Assembly (NCBI RefSeq): GCF_036321535.1
Contig: NC_087437.1
Span: forward strand, 74,464,001-74,528,000
Length of the DNA stretch: 64,000 bases
Origin: Camelus dromedarius
Taxonomy: Eukaryota
Direction of reading: 5' to 3'
The notes beneath the pieces are model-generated. The model had not been told where the DNA came from and did not search any database. It saw nothing but the letters and a program-made list of their open reading frames with translations. A program made the translations under genes and the position numbers. The number at the start of each line of letters is the position of its first letter. Positions within the stretch are counted from its first letter, which is position 1. Below, in pieces: positions 1 to 14,829 of the stretch.

Positions 1-482
1 AGCCTTCAGTTATCAGTCCTTTCAGGGTCTACCTAAGTTTTTAAACTCCCCTCACTCCCACCTGAGGTTATACACTTCCCAGGCTACCTGTATCCGGTGA
101 CTGAGTAAGGTAGGGAGGGGTATAAAGGTTCATTCATTTTGACTGGAAGCAGGAAACTCTGATAAGCTATGTTTGCTAGTTCTCAATGGGGTTGGCTGCG
201 GCTTTGTCAGGCATGAGTCCCAGGCTGCCTAAGAAGAGCATGGCAACCCAGGACCCAGGCCCCTTGAACTGAGGGGCCAGGTTATAATTAGAGTCAGACC
301 ATTAAGGTGAGCACAGACAGTAGCTAAGATTAAAAAGAATTTGGGATGAATACTAGAGGAGGAAGAAATAAGTACCAACAATAATCCCAAGACCAACTTC
401 AGTGTCGGGGGTTGTAGTTCCCACTAAATGCTCTCCCAAACGCAGGTTTAAGAAGTAGAACTGAGCAGCACAATAGGCAAAG

Positions 483-880
483 TGTAGCAGACATGAAGAT
501 CCCTCTGAGGGCAAAACACTCTGCCCAACTGTACAAAGTGCAGTCAACAGACAGCCTCAGGGTTTGCTTTGCTCCCTCGTCACAGAGGTCCACTTTGCTG
601 GAGGTCACACCATTCCTAGGATGGCACACATCTGTAGCTGGGGGGGGGGGGCGCGGATATATACAGGTCCAGCTCTTTGGGCCTGATGTGAGACATCTCT
701 TAAAGCAACACTCACTCCAAATTTCCTCACCAGATTGGCTGAGGCTTTGCCAGAACTCAGTTTCAGTTTGATAGCTCCCTCTGCCCAATCCTGTTTCCCC
801 CTCTTCCTCTCACAGGTATTAATTCCAAATAAACAGCATGTACCCATCTTTGTATCTGCTTATGGAGAACGCAGCTTTTG
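483..880 (+). mobile_element. Old ERVL-class solo LTR fragment (LTR16-like)
   Basis: Starts TGTAGCAGAC..AGATCCCTCT and includes ..CCCTCTGCCCAATCCTGTTTCCC.., resembling LTR16 as recalled. Similar sequence lies at 1-170. Confidence 0.45.
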
Positions 881-2434
881 ACCGCTTCCAAGCAAACAAG
901 TGAGGTTATTGGGACTCCTGGCCATCATCTGTGCAGCACTTCACAGTGCTGGAGCGAGGCTGACGCTGCTGACATCATTTGAGCTCCAGGTCATGCCTAA
1001 ATCCATGACTAAAGCCAAATATACTCCTGGACTTTGCAGTTTTAGAAGTTAATGCATTTAAATTATTATTACTGATACTACTAGTATTATGCATAAGCAA
1101 TTTTAAATATATTTCTATCACAACTAGTCTTGTTTGACAAAATACAAAGACTACTAAATTTATTAAAAATGAAGATGACCTGTGAATGTCTAAGAATTTC
1201 ATGCCACCATGGCCTGTCCCAAAGAAGACACACTGATGTTGGGCTTAGTCTCTTCTCTTCCTGGTTCAATGGTGGGAAAATACAAGTCACTATCACCACT
1301 GTATTTACCATGCTGGGTCAGAATTACCCTTACTTCTATAAAGTACTTGACTTTTAAACATTTCCCAGGGAACATCTGCCCAGCTCCTAAATACTGCTTT
1401 AAAAAATGTCATGGACATAATGAATAGATGGTTTCTAATCTGTTTGTAAAGCCCAGTAGATAAGCAAGAGTAGTAAGCTCAAATTATACAGAAGGCTTAG
1501 CGTGTCTCTGCAATTGACAAGCAGGTGAGTTTATTTCCAACATATTTTATAGTTTATAAGCAGCCTTGAGGGATGGTTTTTTGACACTTGATTATCTAAA
1601 TACATAGAGCAACCATATGAATAAAGAAAACACCTGGTGGGAGGAATCCTGAGAATAGTCATGAATGTTACTTAGGGTTTCTACTTGAAGTGCCAATTTT
1701 CAAAAACAGGAGGATGAAAAATAAAGTATAATACTAAAATTTAACAGCTCCAAAGCACAACATACAAGGCATATTTTAAATCCTAGTAGACTATTATTAT
1801 TATCCTATATTTATAAGTAATTTTTTTATTTGTGCAAAGTATAGATGAAGCAAGTTGTTAAATGTAACAATGAATAAATTATGGACCTGAAAATTGTCAT
1901 CAGGGCCAAGAGCAATGGTGTCAGGCTAGTCTCACTGCACTATTCCATGTGCCCCTGGAGCCCAGGCTATAATGTGAATTGTTCTCTCTGGGGCTGTACA
2001 CACGATATCCTTAAAAACAGCACAGCTCTAGGGTTAGAAGCTCCTTGTCTGGAGGAAGCTTCATGGCTCACAACTGACTGGGTACCTTGGGTTTGTATAT
2101 GAAAGAGGAACAATTACAAACATTTTGCCTAAGTAAGCATTACTGAGAGGTAAAATCTGCTCTGATTTCACTAGATGATGTGCACCAGAATGTCCACAGC
2201 AGCTTCTTTCATAATATCCTCCAACTGGAAATAACTGAAACATCCACGAATAGAATAGATACATAAACTGTGAAGGGTCATACAATGAAATACTACATAC
2301 AGTTAAAAAAAAAAAAAGAAAAAATGAATGAACAGGCAAAACTAACTGATGTAACAGATATGAGGATAGTGATTAACTTGTGGAGGCTGAGTTTTGACTG
2401 AGGAGGGTACGAGGGAAGATTTGGGCTAAAATAC

Positions 2435-2846
2435 CAGCAACCTGAATCCAATGATACAGTAAAAGGACTGGACACCATAATCAAATGAGACTTATCCTAG
2501 GGATGAGAGGGTTTTTCAGTACCCCAAAATCAATCAATATGACACGCCACATTAACAAACCGAAGAATACAAATCATATGATTATCCCAATAGATGCAGA
2601 AATGGCTTTTGATATAATTCAACATCCACTTATGATTTTAAAAAATACCTCTCCAGAAAGCAGGCATGGAGGGAACATACTTCAACATAATAAAGCCCAC
2701 ATATGACAAACCCACAGCTAACATTATACTCAAAGGTGAAAAAGTAAAAGCATTTCATCTACGATCAGGAACAAGACAAGGATGCCCACTCTCACCACTT
2801 TTATTCAGCATCATATGGGAAGTCCTACCTACAGCAATCAGAGAAA

Positions 2847-2905
<59 letters not shown>

Positions 2906-3700
2906 ATGGCATTCAGATTGGAAAGGAAGAAGGAAAGCTGTCACTGGTTGCAGATGACACGATACTATACTTAGAAAATCCTAAAGATACTACCATAAAA
3001 CTACTAGAGCTCATCAATGAATTTGGTAAAGTTGCAGGATACAAAATTAATACACAAAAATCTGTTACATTTCTATACACTGGCAATGAACTATCAGAAA
3101 GAGAAATTAAGGAACCAATCCCATTTACCATCACACCAATAGAAATAAAATACCTAGAAATAAACCTACCTAAGGAGGTAAAAGATCTGTAATCCTAAAA
3201 CTTGTAAGACACTGATGAAAGAAATGGAAGACATCACAAACAGATGGGAAGATATACTGTGTTCTTGGATCGGAGGAATCAATATTGTTAAAATGACCCT
3301 ACCACCCAAAGCAATCTACAGATTCAACACAATCTTTATCAAAATACCAATGATAGTTTTCAGAGAACTAGAACAAGTAATTTTAAAATTTGTATGAAAA
3401 CACAGAAGACCCTGAACAGCCAAAACGATCTCAAGAAAGAACAGAACTAGAGGTATTAGGCTTCCTGGCTTCGAACTGTACTACAAAGCTACAGTAATCA
3501 AAACAGTATGGTACTGGCACAGAAACAGACACATAGCTCAGGATAGAGGGCCCAGAAATAAACCCATGCATTTACGGTCAGTTAATCTATGACAAAGGAG
3601 GCAAGTATATACAGGAGAAAAGACAGTCTCTTCAATAAATGGTGCTGGGAAAACTGGGCAGCTACACATAAAAGAATGAAATTAGAACATTCTCTAACAC
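2435..3700 (+). mobile_element. LINE-1 ORF2 (reverse transcriptase region) fragment, decayed
   Basis: Translations [73 protein letters not shown] and [12 protein letters not shown] are hallmark L1 ORF2 motifs. It sits inside an older L1 3' end (2100-2430 / 3701-3815). Confidence 0.95.
2844..2907 (+). repeat. (TAAA)n microsatellite inside L1 ORF2
   Basis: About 16 perfect AAAT units. Confidence 0.97.
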
Positions 3701-6700
3701 TGGTATATATGTTATATCTTGACCTAAGTGCTAATTATTTGGATATATGTGTAAAATGTTCCTTGATCTGACACTTTTGATTATGGTACTTTATTCACTT
3801 TATTATATTTACGGTAAAAATCACTAGTAAAGTTTGGCTTTAAATATGCTCTGAATCATTTGACCATGAACACACTGATGTGATATACCACAGAGTAATA
3901 TCACAGAGAAACTCTAGGGCCATATATCTAAATATGCTACCATCCAGACACTCTACTCAAGCTCATTCATCCTGAATACTGACCTTCATACCTTTGAGAT
4001 GATACGTTCTTAACAGAACATGAATTTTGAACTGTTGATTCAGTTTCAGTAACAGATTTTCCCAGACTTTATTGTGTTCTGAGATTCTTCTGCTGTGTAA
4101 TCAGCAATATGCATTTATAAACAAACCAGAAAAACATATAATATATACTCACTAGTAATATATCAGCTAGTGTTAGCATAGGTTCTCACCACCTTGTGCA
4201 ACAAATGGATTATTTTAAAGCGAGGCAAAAATTCAACTTTTACAAATGGAAGTCAATTTAAACTCCATTTTCAAAATTTATTTTTGCTCATTTCTCCACC
4301 CAAACCAACCCCCAAATTAAAGTAAATAATTATCTGAAACTGCTTAAATATTACAGTTCTAAATATATCCCCTTAATAAAACTTATTATCTCTTTTATGA
4401 GTTTCTACCTTTCTTTTTTCAATCTGCTCAAAACTATTCCATTGATCAACAGAAGAAAGGTACAAGTTTTACTTTCTCTTGTTTTGTTCTTCTCATTAGG
4501 GTGTTCGGTAGTGAGTCACTAGAAGAACAAAAAGACCAAGCAGAAATCATTCAAAGTCAGGCCCCCAGCTCCTAGTCAGATACCATTTATGAGGCTTGCT
4601 AATCCCGGGCTTTACTAGAAAATGTTGATTATTAGAGGTTCAGGAGTCTGAAAGTCTTGTTAACAGCCTCCCTGTGCTGACTAAGAACATGGGAAAATTG
4701 CAGTCTTTTTCTAGACTGCATTTTAAACAAATTTCTCCCTGACTGCTTTTCAGAGCTAAATCGTTTCTGTGCTTGGGAAATTGAATAAACAACTGAATTC
4801 TGGGCTTGCAAAGGTCTCTTCTGTTTTCAGGTTGGTGGCATTTCAGCTACCATATGTCATCCACATTTTGAGACTGTAGAATTTCCCAGGCCATCCTTGA
4901 AAACAAGATCAGACATATTTTTGTGAAGAGGAATGATGTGCTATATTGAGCCTGCTATGCCCCATGCTAGATTAAAACAAATCTGTTCAAAAATTTATGA
5001 TGATCTGATATGCACTAAAACTTCACTCAGAACAATATAAATTTGACTCTTTTAGGGAAAGAATTTAATCTTTCATGTATTTCATTCTGTGTGAGGGCCA
5101 AACAAAATTATTACTTATTGACAATGAAAATAATATGCAATTATTACAATGCTAGGCACATAGGAAGGGTCCAAAACATTTTCATTGATTGACTGACATG
5201 TAAACAAACTGTGTGATTCTTTATATGTTCAGATTGACTAGTTCAAGAAGCACATTATTTATTCAAGAAAGAATTAAAAGATCAGTGTCTAATGTCCAGC
5301 TTGATTGTTCTGTCCATCCTTCTCTGATCTGGGTGAGAGGACATGTACCTTAGATTTACTGATCATCAGTTGCATATACTTGACCTTCCATAACACAAAT
5401 GGGCTAGAAGCAAGATACGTATACAACAGAAATGACAAGTCAACATCTAGCCCCCAATATAAAGAGAAAGAAGCATTTTTAGCACTAAATTGTGTTGTTC
5501 AAATTTCTACACAAAGAAAATAAAAAGGGCCTGATCCTAGCCCTGTAGGTGATTCCAGCACTCTGGAATCAAAACTATTAAAGAACAAGGTGATTGATAT
5601 ACAGTGCTCAAAGGTGAATGTGCTTGGGTTGAAGTTGAATGAATGCACTATTGAAGTGAACAGGGAAAGACGTCAGAGGACTTGTTTATATAACCTTGAC
5701 ATAGGAAATAGGAAGTTGTTGGGGTTTTCTAAATGTCATTTTGTTTGTTTTTGGCTTTGTTTATTTTGTTTTTGCCCTTTAATCTCAGTTTAGTCCTCAT
5801 AACCTACCAGTTTTCAAGAAAGGATTTTTTCAAACAACAAAGCTCACCAATTCAATATTATTAATTATTCTGAACTGATATAACATTTACGGGTATTACA
5901 TTAGATAATTATTTTTCACGTCCAATTTACATAGCTGGCCAGGATCTTGGTGACTGAAGTGGTATTGATGTCCTCCAGATAAAGAGTTGCCTATAGTATA
6001 TGAACAACAGCTTTACTTCTGGCCACACTGCTCAGCTCCAAATTGGAAAAGGCTATACACAAATCCTCTAAACATTGACTTCCTGAAATTTAGTAAATTT
6101 CATGAAACCCTAAGTGGTTATTCTAATATTTGAATAGGTAGCTACACAGACATTTCTGACTGACTCACTGACACTCTTGATTAGTATTGAATCACTTTTT
6201 GACCATCTGAGGGAAAAAAAAAAAAAAGCCCCCCTTATGAATCATGGATCTAAAGGGTTTTATAAAGAATTAAGGGCTTATACTTTTCAGGGGAGAACAG
6301 AGGTCAGGAAAGCTTCCACCCAGAGTTAGGGAAAATGCCTCTGAAAGTTAGAAAGGTTGTCTCAGCCCAAAACACTAAAACCATTAAGAGTCTCGTCTGG
6401 AAGATGCTGAAATTCTCCAGTATCTCTGAGAATGTCCTATGAACTGATTCCCAGTGAACCCACTTAGCTAGTCGTTCTCAAGAGCTCAGCTCTGACTGTA
6501 CATCTGGTTGCACTATGTCCAGAGAATATGTCTTTCCATGAACATGCTCAAATCTGGGACTACACAGGGAGGGGGATGCTGGGAAATACACTTCCCAGAT
6601 TCTTTGCTGAAATTCTGATGAGACTTTAGATAGGAGTGTTGGATGTCCAATGGGCTGCAGATGATATAGCACAAGTTCCCCCAAATTATGCATCACTTTC

Positions 6701-8739
6701 TAAAATAATTGCTTTTATTTTTGTTCCCAAAACATTTGTATTCCATTTAAAAAGGAAAGAGCATTCTGAGCAGAAAAGAGGTGTGAGAAACACAAGATAT
6801 TTTAACCCTGGCTTTGAAATTAACAATGAACAATAGCATAGAAAAGGTACAAAAAGCTGAGGAGAAAAAAAGCACGTTTTACTTTATTTAATCCAACATT
6901 TCCACACTTACTGGATCAAAGAGTCCTTTTTCTTTTCATGTAGCACTTATTAACAAGGTTCCACGGTGAACTTTTTTATAAACCCTATTCCAGTGGATAT
7001 TTTCAGCATCCTTCAAGATTATTAACCAAACTATGGTTAAATAAAGCATACTGACAAATGCATTTATCTCTTCTCCCTCCTGACACTCTACTGAAATCAC
7101 CGTATTGGGATTTTTAAGGCATAAGCCCCCAAAACAAAAAGAAGTAGAAAGAAAAACATCAGAGATGACAGATTTCAACAGTTTTGAAAGATGGATAATA
7201 GATGTAAAATTAGTAACTAGGGAATGTGATTTAAGATACTTAACAATCAGAAGGACCTGGGCAACAGCCAGTCAGAGGAGAAACCAAGAAAGTTAAGAGC
7301 TAGGTCCTGGTGGCTCTCCGCTAGGCTAGACAGTAATCCTCTTACTGATGGGTGGTGGAGAGTGAAGGGCCCCAGGTGGATAATTTGGGGCTATCACAGG
7401 TGGGGAATACTCAGTAGATTAGAGGATGGAAAACTATTTATGAATTGACATAGAAGTATTTCAGGGGTTGAACAGTTGGTAAACCATTCCAAGAAGAAGA
7501 CATTCTAATCAGAGAGAAAGCCTTAAATTCTGTATATATAAAATGCAGTCTAAGCCATATCACAGGGCTACTGTGACCTCTCAAGAGATTCTACTGACCC
7601 TAGAAGGAAATAATGAGGCATACATGCCAGTGCTTTATAAGCTACAAAATGCTACACACAGTGTCTAGTATGTTAGAGACATTATTATTTCTCCTACACT
7701 TGCAGCATGGTGCTTATTTTCTAAAATTAAGAAATAATTGGAAAACTTTGGACCTTTTTTTCCACTTCCCCCTAAAGAGTTCATATATCAGAATTACTTA
7801 CTGCTCACAAACAAGAATGAAAAATATATTTACAGCAAGAATATATGGCCTAAGTGACTCCTCAAATGAATTCTTAGTAAACAAAGCTAATCTTTCTTGA
7901 ACTAGCATAGCAACCCCAAAATGTCTAGGTTTTCTATCTGAATAAAGTCACGTCTTCTGTCATTACCTCTCCTCAAATATTAGTAAGCTGCTCCTTTACT
8001 GCCACCACATGCTTCACATGCACACACACCAACCCCACTCATACCTGTCATCTTTGCCTCTGCTGACCCTTTCAATAAATGTGTGCTGGTTCATTCTTCA
8101 ACAAACTCATGCCCCAGTGACTCTGAAGGGCTGCCTACAAGCTGAAGAGTATTTTGACAGGGCAGGGTAGGAAATAGTTATTTTTGGTGCTTTGCCCCTG
8201 AGTTGTTTTTTTTTTTTTTTTTTCTTTTATAAAAGACCCCATTCTACCCAGGATTCTTGACTTTACTCAGAAAAAATTATGTAAAAATTAACATTGTTAT
8301 TTAACTAAAGATTGCTAAGGTTGAATACTTAACATTTTTCTCAGTAATAATTCACAAAAATTTAAGGACATTATTAGACTTTTTAACTGCTTGTAGATGG
8401 ACAACTAAGGTGACAGTTTAAGTCAGCTGTTGGTTGAAAGTGAAATCAGTTTACCATCCTCTGGAATTACATGTTAATCTCAATAAACTCTGCTAAACAC
8501 TGAACAGAATGTTTCTCCTCTATCTCTCTCTTTTCTTTTTTTTTTTTTTTTTTTTGACTTTTTAAATTATATCACTCACTTTTGGTCACAATGACCTCTC
8601 ACAATCCTGCCATCTTACAGTGCGTGTTGTCAGCGTCACACATTTATTTTAGCTTATAACTAAAGATGACCCTGTGCTATTGTCTATGCATTCATCTTCA
8701 TGGATTAGTTACCCTACAAGATTTTTCTTTTGATTTTAC

Positions 8740-9312
8740 CACAAGGGATTGGCTAATACAATTTGGGGGGCTGGAGAAGCAAGTCCAAAGTCCACAGGAC
8801 AGGCAGGCAGTCAGGAAAGGAAGATGACGAGCAGGCTGGAACTCCACAGGCACAAGCTGAAGCTCTCTGTTCACAGGTGCAAGTCAGGAAGACGCAGGAG
8901 GAAGGGAGAGCAATTCCAGAGCCAGAAGCTCTATGGAGTCCTGACTTCAGGGAAATTCTAAGTTCTCTTTTAAAGGCTTTCATGCAAATTAAGTTAGGCT
9001 CGCCCCAGGCATTCTTCCTTTTTATTAATTTAAAGTTTGACCACTAGGGACCTTAATCACATCTGCAAAATCCCTTCACAGCAAAATCTAGACTAGGGTC
9101 TTAATGACTAGAAAAAGTTATGTATATGGCACCAAAGGACCACACCTTCTCATTCTCATGGGAGGTTATCCTTTGCAATCTGCCCCAACAGGACCACACC
9201 TTCTCATTCTCATGGGAGGTTATCCTTTGCAATCTGCCTTAACCAGACACTTTTGAAACAAAGAATTCACTGTAGTTCTGTCAAATCAAACTAACATCAA
9301 AAAGCCATCACA
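8740..9312 (-). mobile_element. ERVL MLT2-type LTR
   Basis: GGGGGCTGG..CAAGTCCAAAGTCCACAGG, AATCACATCTGCAAAATCCCTTCACAGCA and a terminal ..CCATCACA match reverse-strand MLT2 as recalled. Confidence 0.65.
9136..9243. repeat. 54-bp direct tandem duplication (2 copies)
   Basis: AGGACCACACCTTCTCATTCTCATGGGAGGTTATCCTTTGCAATCTGCC(cc/tt)AAC starts at 9136 and 9190. Confidence 0.95.
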
Positions 9313-9804
9313 CTGAACATGTGGTATGCAGGACATAGATGACACTATTACTGCTCTTAAAGAAGAAATAAAGGCTTATGTAAATAAAATAAAGTTATTT
9401 CCTATCTCACCAAATGTCTGGTTCTGTGCTATATATACGTAACAGATACACAATAAACACTGGAAGAAATAATTGATGGTCTTGGCTAATTTCTACCGAA
9501 TTTGATTATAACTAATTTGAGCACTAAACAGGTTTGATGAGTACATTGTTTTGTCTGCATAACGATGATGTGAGGGGAAGCAAGAATTGAGTTAACGACC
9601 ACTTGTTGTTTTTGTCACTTTTTTCTGTTAAATACATACTAATTGGTTGTTTCTGAAAACAGCACAAAAATGCCCTTATTATGTTTAATTGATTATGTTT
9701 AATGGAAGCAGGCTAGTTCAAATTCATAGCATAAGCCATCAATAAGAGCCACCAAGATAAGTGAAGAAATAGCAATAACCCATCCTTTGAGGTCAATGGT
9801 ATAA

Positions 9805-9975
9805 TTCATCCATTCATTCAATAAATATTTATCAAGTGCCTTCAGTGTGCTATCATTGTTCCATGTGCTGGAGATACAGTGGGGGACAAAACAAAGTTTC
9901 TACACATACAGAGGATGCATTATGTGAGAGGTGACAGAAAATAAACATGTGAACAGTTTAATACACAGAAATATC
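9805..9975 (-). mobile_element. L2 LINE 3' fragment
   Basis: CATTCATTCAATAAATATTTAT..AGTGCC..GTGCTGGAGATACAGTG is a typical antisense L2 tail. Confidence 0.7.
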
Positions 9976-9981
9976 AGTTTA

Positions 9982-10944
9982 TCTGGGCCAATTAAAAAAC
10001 TTTGGACCTGAAATTTTTCATGGCCTTCCTTCATTAAAAAAAATAAAATAAAACACACAAAATCAGTGAATACAAAATTAGATACAAATTAATACTTATT
10101 TAGAATGGAGAAATAAATTATAAATCTTACAAAGCTGACAATCAAAAACATCACAAACTCAGGAAAATGCCATACTCTTTTTGTTAATTAACTTCCAGAT
10201 ACATTCTATAAGTTCTTCTTTACTATATTTTTTGGCTGCATACTCTAACTTGAAAATTATTTTGTATTATTTGATAATATTTTCTATATGAAAAAAAGTG
10301 CTAATTCAGTTTTTCCTCTGATGTGGTTGATCAAAATTTGTGGAGCTTTTTCATTATTATCGGTGATTTAGAAATATTTCTTTCAGCTTCACAATGCATT
10401 ATCGGTAACGTCATGTAAATTTTTGTAGTACATTAGAAGTTTTTGTGCTACAACACAGAAAATATGATCATTCTATTTTACATAACTCCCATCAAAATAG
10501 AAGATGGGCTTTTCATTATGTAATTGTTATATGATATATTATCAAGCATATCCTGATAAGACAGCATTTCTGTTTCAATTGTGTCAATGGAAACCGCATC
10601 CTCCCACTATAATTTTATACATCTGGTGATTAAAATAGTTTTCCACAGATTAGCTTCTGGTGCTTTACACATTAAACATTGTTTCTTCCCCTATTACCCT
10701 CATAGTTTAATTCCTGTTTCAAGAACTGTGGGACACACAAATTGTCCCCTGATACCTCTCCCTGCTCTTCCATCCCACAAATGTCAACTGTATCCCAACT
10801 CAGCTTCCCCTTGGCTAGACCCCACAAAGCCTGCAGCCACTCTAATGCCACTGTTGGAGAAGAAAATGGGATATATGATTATGGTTTTAAAAAACTTACT
10901 TTTACAATTTTTACAAAAATATAGGGGCCAAGCAAGAGGCCCAG
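9982..10944. mobile_element. Possible old hAT DNA transposon remnant
   Basis: AT-rich block bounded by short inverted ends TCTGGGCC (9982) and GGCCCAGA (10937-10944). Confidence 0.3.
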
Positions 10945-11871
10945 AATAATGAGAGGTAAGGTTAGTAGGGCAGTTTGGCAGAGAATTTCCTTAGTCATTT
11001 TCGGAAATTTTTGCTGATTTATGCTGTCATATCCTTGCTTCCTCCCCTAATGACTGCTGATCTTACTAATCTTCATCTGTGACAGAATCCCTAAGGGTGC
11101 AGAGGTGGCCCCTGGACTGCTACAGACTTTATACACCGGGGAACACGAACTGGGTCAAGTCAGTCTCAGATCCAGGACCTTCATCACGTTACTGCCTTTG
11201 AGTAGAATAAGACACCTGAAATACTACGTCAGGCTTTTCTTCTGTTTCAGTCTCCCACCCCACCCCCAGTGCTGTCTTCCTCCACAATGACTAGCAGAAC
11301 TGCTGTGCTGTGCGAGCGATGCCGTGGAGCTAAACAAAAAGCCTCTCCCACCTCTGCTTTCCAAAAGCCTATGGTCCTGCTGGGAGCTGGTGAACTGAAA
11401 AGACTTCTCCTAACCTCAAAACTTCACAAAACAATAACAGAGAATTCTGCCTCTGGTCCCTAGACAGAAAAGATTCCTCCATTAAAGAAATAAAGAATTG
11501 GAGGGGAAATGATGAGAGTGAAGGAATGAGTGACACACATCCAAGGGGTGAGGAGGGTGGCATGGGACTGGATTTCTGGGCCCTGTGTCCTACATCTAAA
11601 CAAATCTCTGGAGAGCCACCAAGATTCCAGGGAGAAAAAGATGCATAGAAAATCTAGGCAGATGGGCGTCAGCACGATGGTGACTTGAGTGCTTCAACAC
11701 AGCAATTACTCCACACAGACCACTGAGGGGGCCAACCAGACAGGAGAGAGAGATGTGTCAGAGATAACCTGTGTGGACTAAGGACCAGATAGGAAGATGG
11801 ACATCGAGGCAGACATTGTGAGGTCAAACAACATGAAGAGTCCACGCTGCTAAGAGGGAGTAGAGAGGTTT

Positions 11872-12460
11872 CTTTCTTTTTCTAGTTTTATTGGGATATA
11901 ATAAGACATACAGCACTGTATAAGTTTAAGGTATACAATGATTTCACTGACATACATCATCAAATGATTACCACAATGTTTAGTGAATATCCATCACCTT
12001 ATATAAATACAAAATAAAAGAAGAAATAATAATTTTCCTTGTGAGTAAATCTTAGCATTTACTCTCTTAACAACATTCATATATAACATACAGCAGTGTT
12101 AATTATATTAATCATGTTGTACATTATATCCCTATTACTTGTTTATCTTATAACTTGAAGTTTGTATCTTTCCATCACCTTCATCTAGTCCCCCTCCTCC
12201 CATCCCCTCCTTTTGGGCTATGAGCTTGTTTGTTTTGGGGGATTTTTTTGAAGTATAATTGACCTACAACACTATGCTAGTTCCTGGTGCACAACATAGC
12301 AATTCGATATTTCCAGGTATTACAAAGTGATCACTGTGATAAGTCTAGTTGTCATCTGTCACAAAGATACTACATTATTATTGACTGTATTCCCCACACT
12401 GTACATTTCATTCCCGTGATTCATTTATTTTTCAACTGGAAGTTTGTACCTCTTAATCTT
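11872..12460 (-). mobile_element. L1 3'UTR fragment (L1MA9/artiodactyl-type)
   Basis: T-rich start, then TATAAGTTTAAGGTATACA..CATTATATCCC..ACTGGAAGTTTGTACCTC. It is the reverse complement of the 3'UTR type at 25130-25820. Confidence 0.8.
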
Positions 12461-12640
12461 TGGTAAATATTTCTCTAATTGACTGGGATTACATTTCTTC
12501 CACCTTGCCAGAATGGCAGACTAAAAATAAATATAAAATCAAGGTATAAAATACAGAAGAGTTATAAATAGAATTATTAAAAATTATATATAGAATAAAG
12601 AATTGAAGTAAGACAAACAAAAAATAACTATAAATGTGCA

Positions 12641-12666
12641 TACACACACACACACACACACACACA
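12641..12666. repeat. (CA)n microsatellite
   Basis: Perfect CA run. Confidence 0.95.
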
Positions 12667-12680
12667 AATATCCTTCATAC

Positions 12681-12768
12681 CTGAATTGTGGCCTGAAGAG
12701 CATATCTTGTACACCTGGTTATCAGAGGCCAGGCTATTCCATTGTAGGCATTCAAACAATGGCTTTCC
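12681..12768 (-). ncRNA. Candidate internal exon (88 nt) of a transcript from the CpG island
   Basis: Minus-strand acceptor TTCTTTGATTTTTCTTAG| and donor CAG|GTATGA. Non-repeat sequence; no recognisable protein. Confidence 0.5.
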
Positions 12769-13364
12769 CTAAGAAAAATCAAAGAATTTATTAATGAAAG
12801 AAAATTTCAAAATTCTCAAGGGAATTCTACATAACTTTCAGTAATTCAGACAAATTTTCTTTCATGGTGAAAGGTATTAATATTAATACACTCTGAGTCT
12901 ATGTCTGACAGCATATTTCATACTCTAAGTGGGAAAAGGTGTGTTTAAGTGTTAATCTATTATTGTTAAAGCTAGGTCTTCATTACAAATATCTAGCCTT
13001 AAAATCGTCATTAACAAACTAGTTTTCTTTTTTTAATTACAAACATAATGATAATCTTGATCTTTTTAAATCTATTAGCTATATTCTGGGTTAAATGACT
13101 TTTTATAAGGCTCATATTATTCTTAGTTCTTAAACGTGCGTAAATTTCATACATTAGGACATTAATTTTAAATACGCAAATATGTTACGTCACTAACTTA
13201 ATATTCTAATTTGGCTGACAATCTAAAGCATACACTGTTCTTTTTCAGAATTACATTCAATTGGCTGAAATTACAATTTCAAGCCAGTTGGATGTACTGG
13301 CTATACTCTCATTCCTCTCTAGTAAAATGTCTCCACAAAGACTCACTTAGGAGAGGTATGCTGA

Positions 13365-13970
<606 letters not shown>

Positions 13971-14829
13971 CTAGCAGAATTAAAATTTACAAATAACATT
14001 ACCATTAAAAAATACACACATTTTTGTGCTAGCTAGTCTCAACTGCCAATATCAAATTTCTGTATATCCATTATTTAAAACTGTAAACACCCAAGATATC
14101 AATGTAGATGGTACATCCAACTAAAACTGTTAAATTGTTAAATTTGAACAATCAAGAATACGGTAACAACAGCAACAACAACAACAAAGCGTCAGTTTGG
14201 AAAAGTTCTCAATTTCAGGTTGCAGCCGCCTAAAACCCTAAAATTCATTTCTAATGCAGCTGTAGGATGAGAATTGAGAATAAGAATGGAAGCTTACTAA
14301 GTAAAAATTTCATGGACCTTTTTCTTCTTTAGTCTGCTATATTGTCTCTTTTCATGTGCCTCTGTAGCCACCTGGAGCGCTTCAGGGCTTCCTGTTCTTT
14401 GACAGAAAAATGTTCACCCTCTGGCAGCTGACCCTGAAAGTAGATGCATTGGAGAAGGGTCTTAGGAGCAGAGCAAATAAGGTTTTGTAAGAATCCAAAT
14501 CAGAGTCAGGAGTGGGAAAGGGAAGAAGGATGTGGAGTTGGGGGTTGAAAGTTGAACACAAGCTGTAAATCTCATTATCATTTTCAGGGTAATAAAGAAC
14601 AAGAAGAAAATGTGAAGTAAATCACTGAAGTGTGATTAACTAAAGTGTGACAATTTTGTAGTTTCTGCTCCCTAAAATTTCATGGTAACATAAAAATAAG
14701 AATGGATGCAAAGCATGGAAATTACTTCCTTTTAGTAGAGTATGATTAAAAGAAACTACCTGGTAGGCTGTAAGCACAAACAGTGCACAAAATATGCCTG
14801 CAAAGCAACTGGCTAGTCACACATATAAC

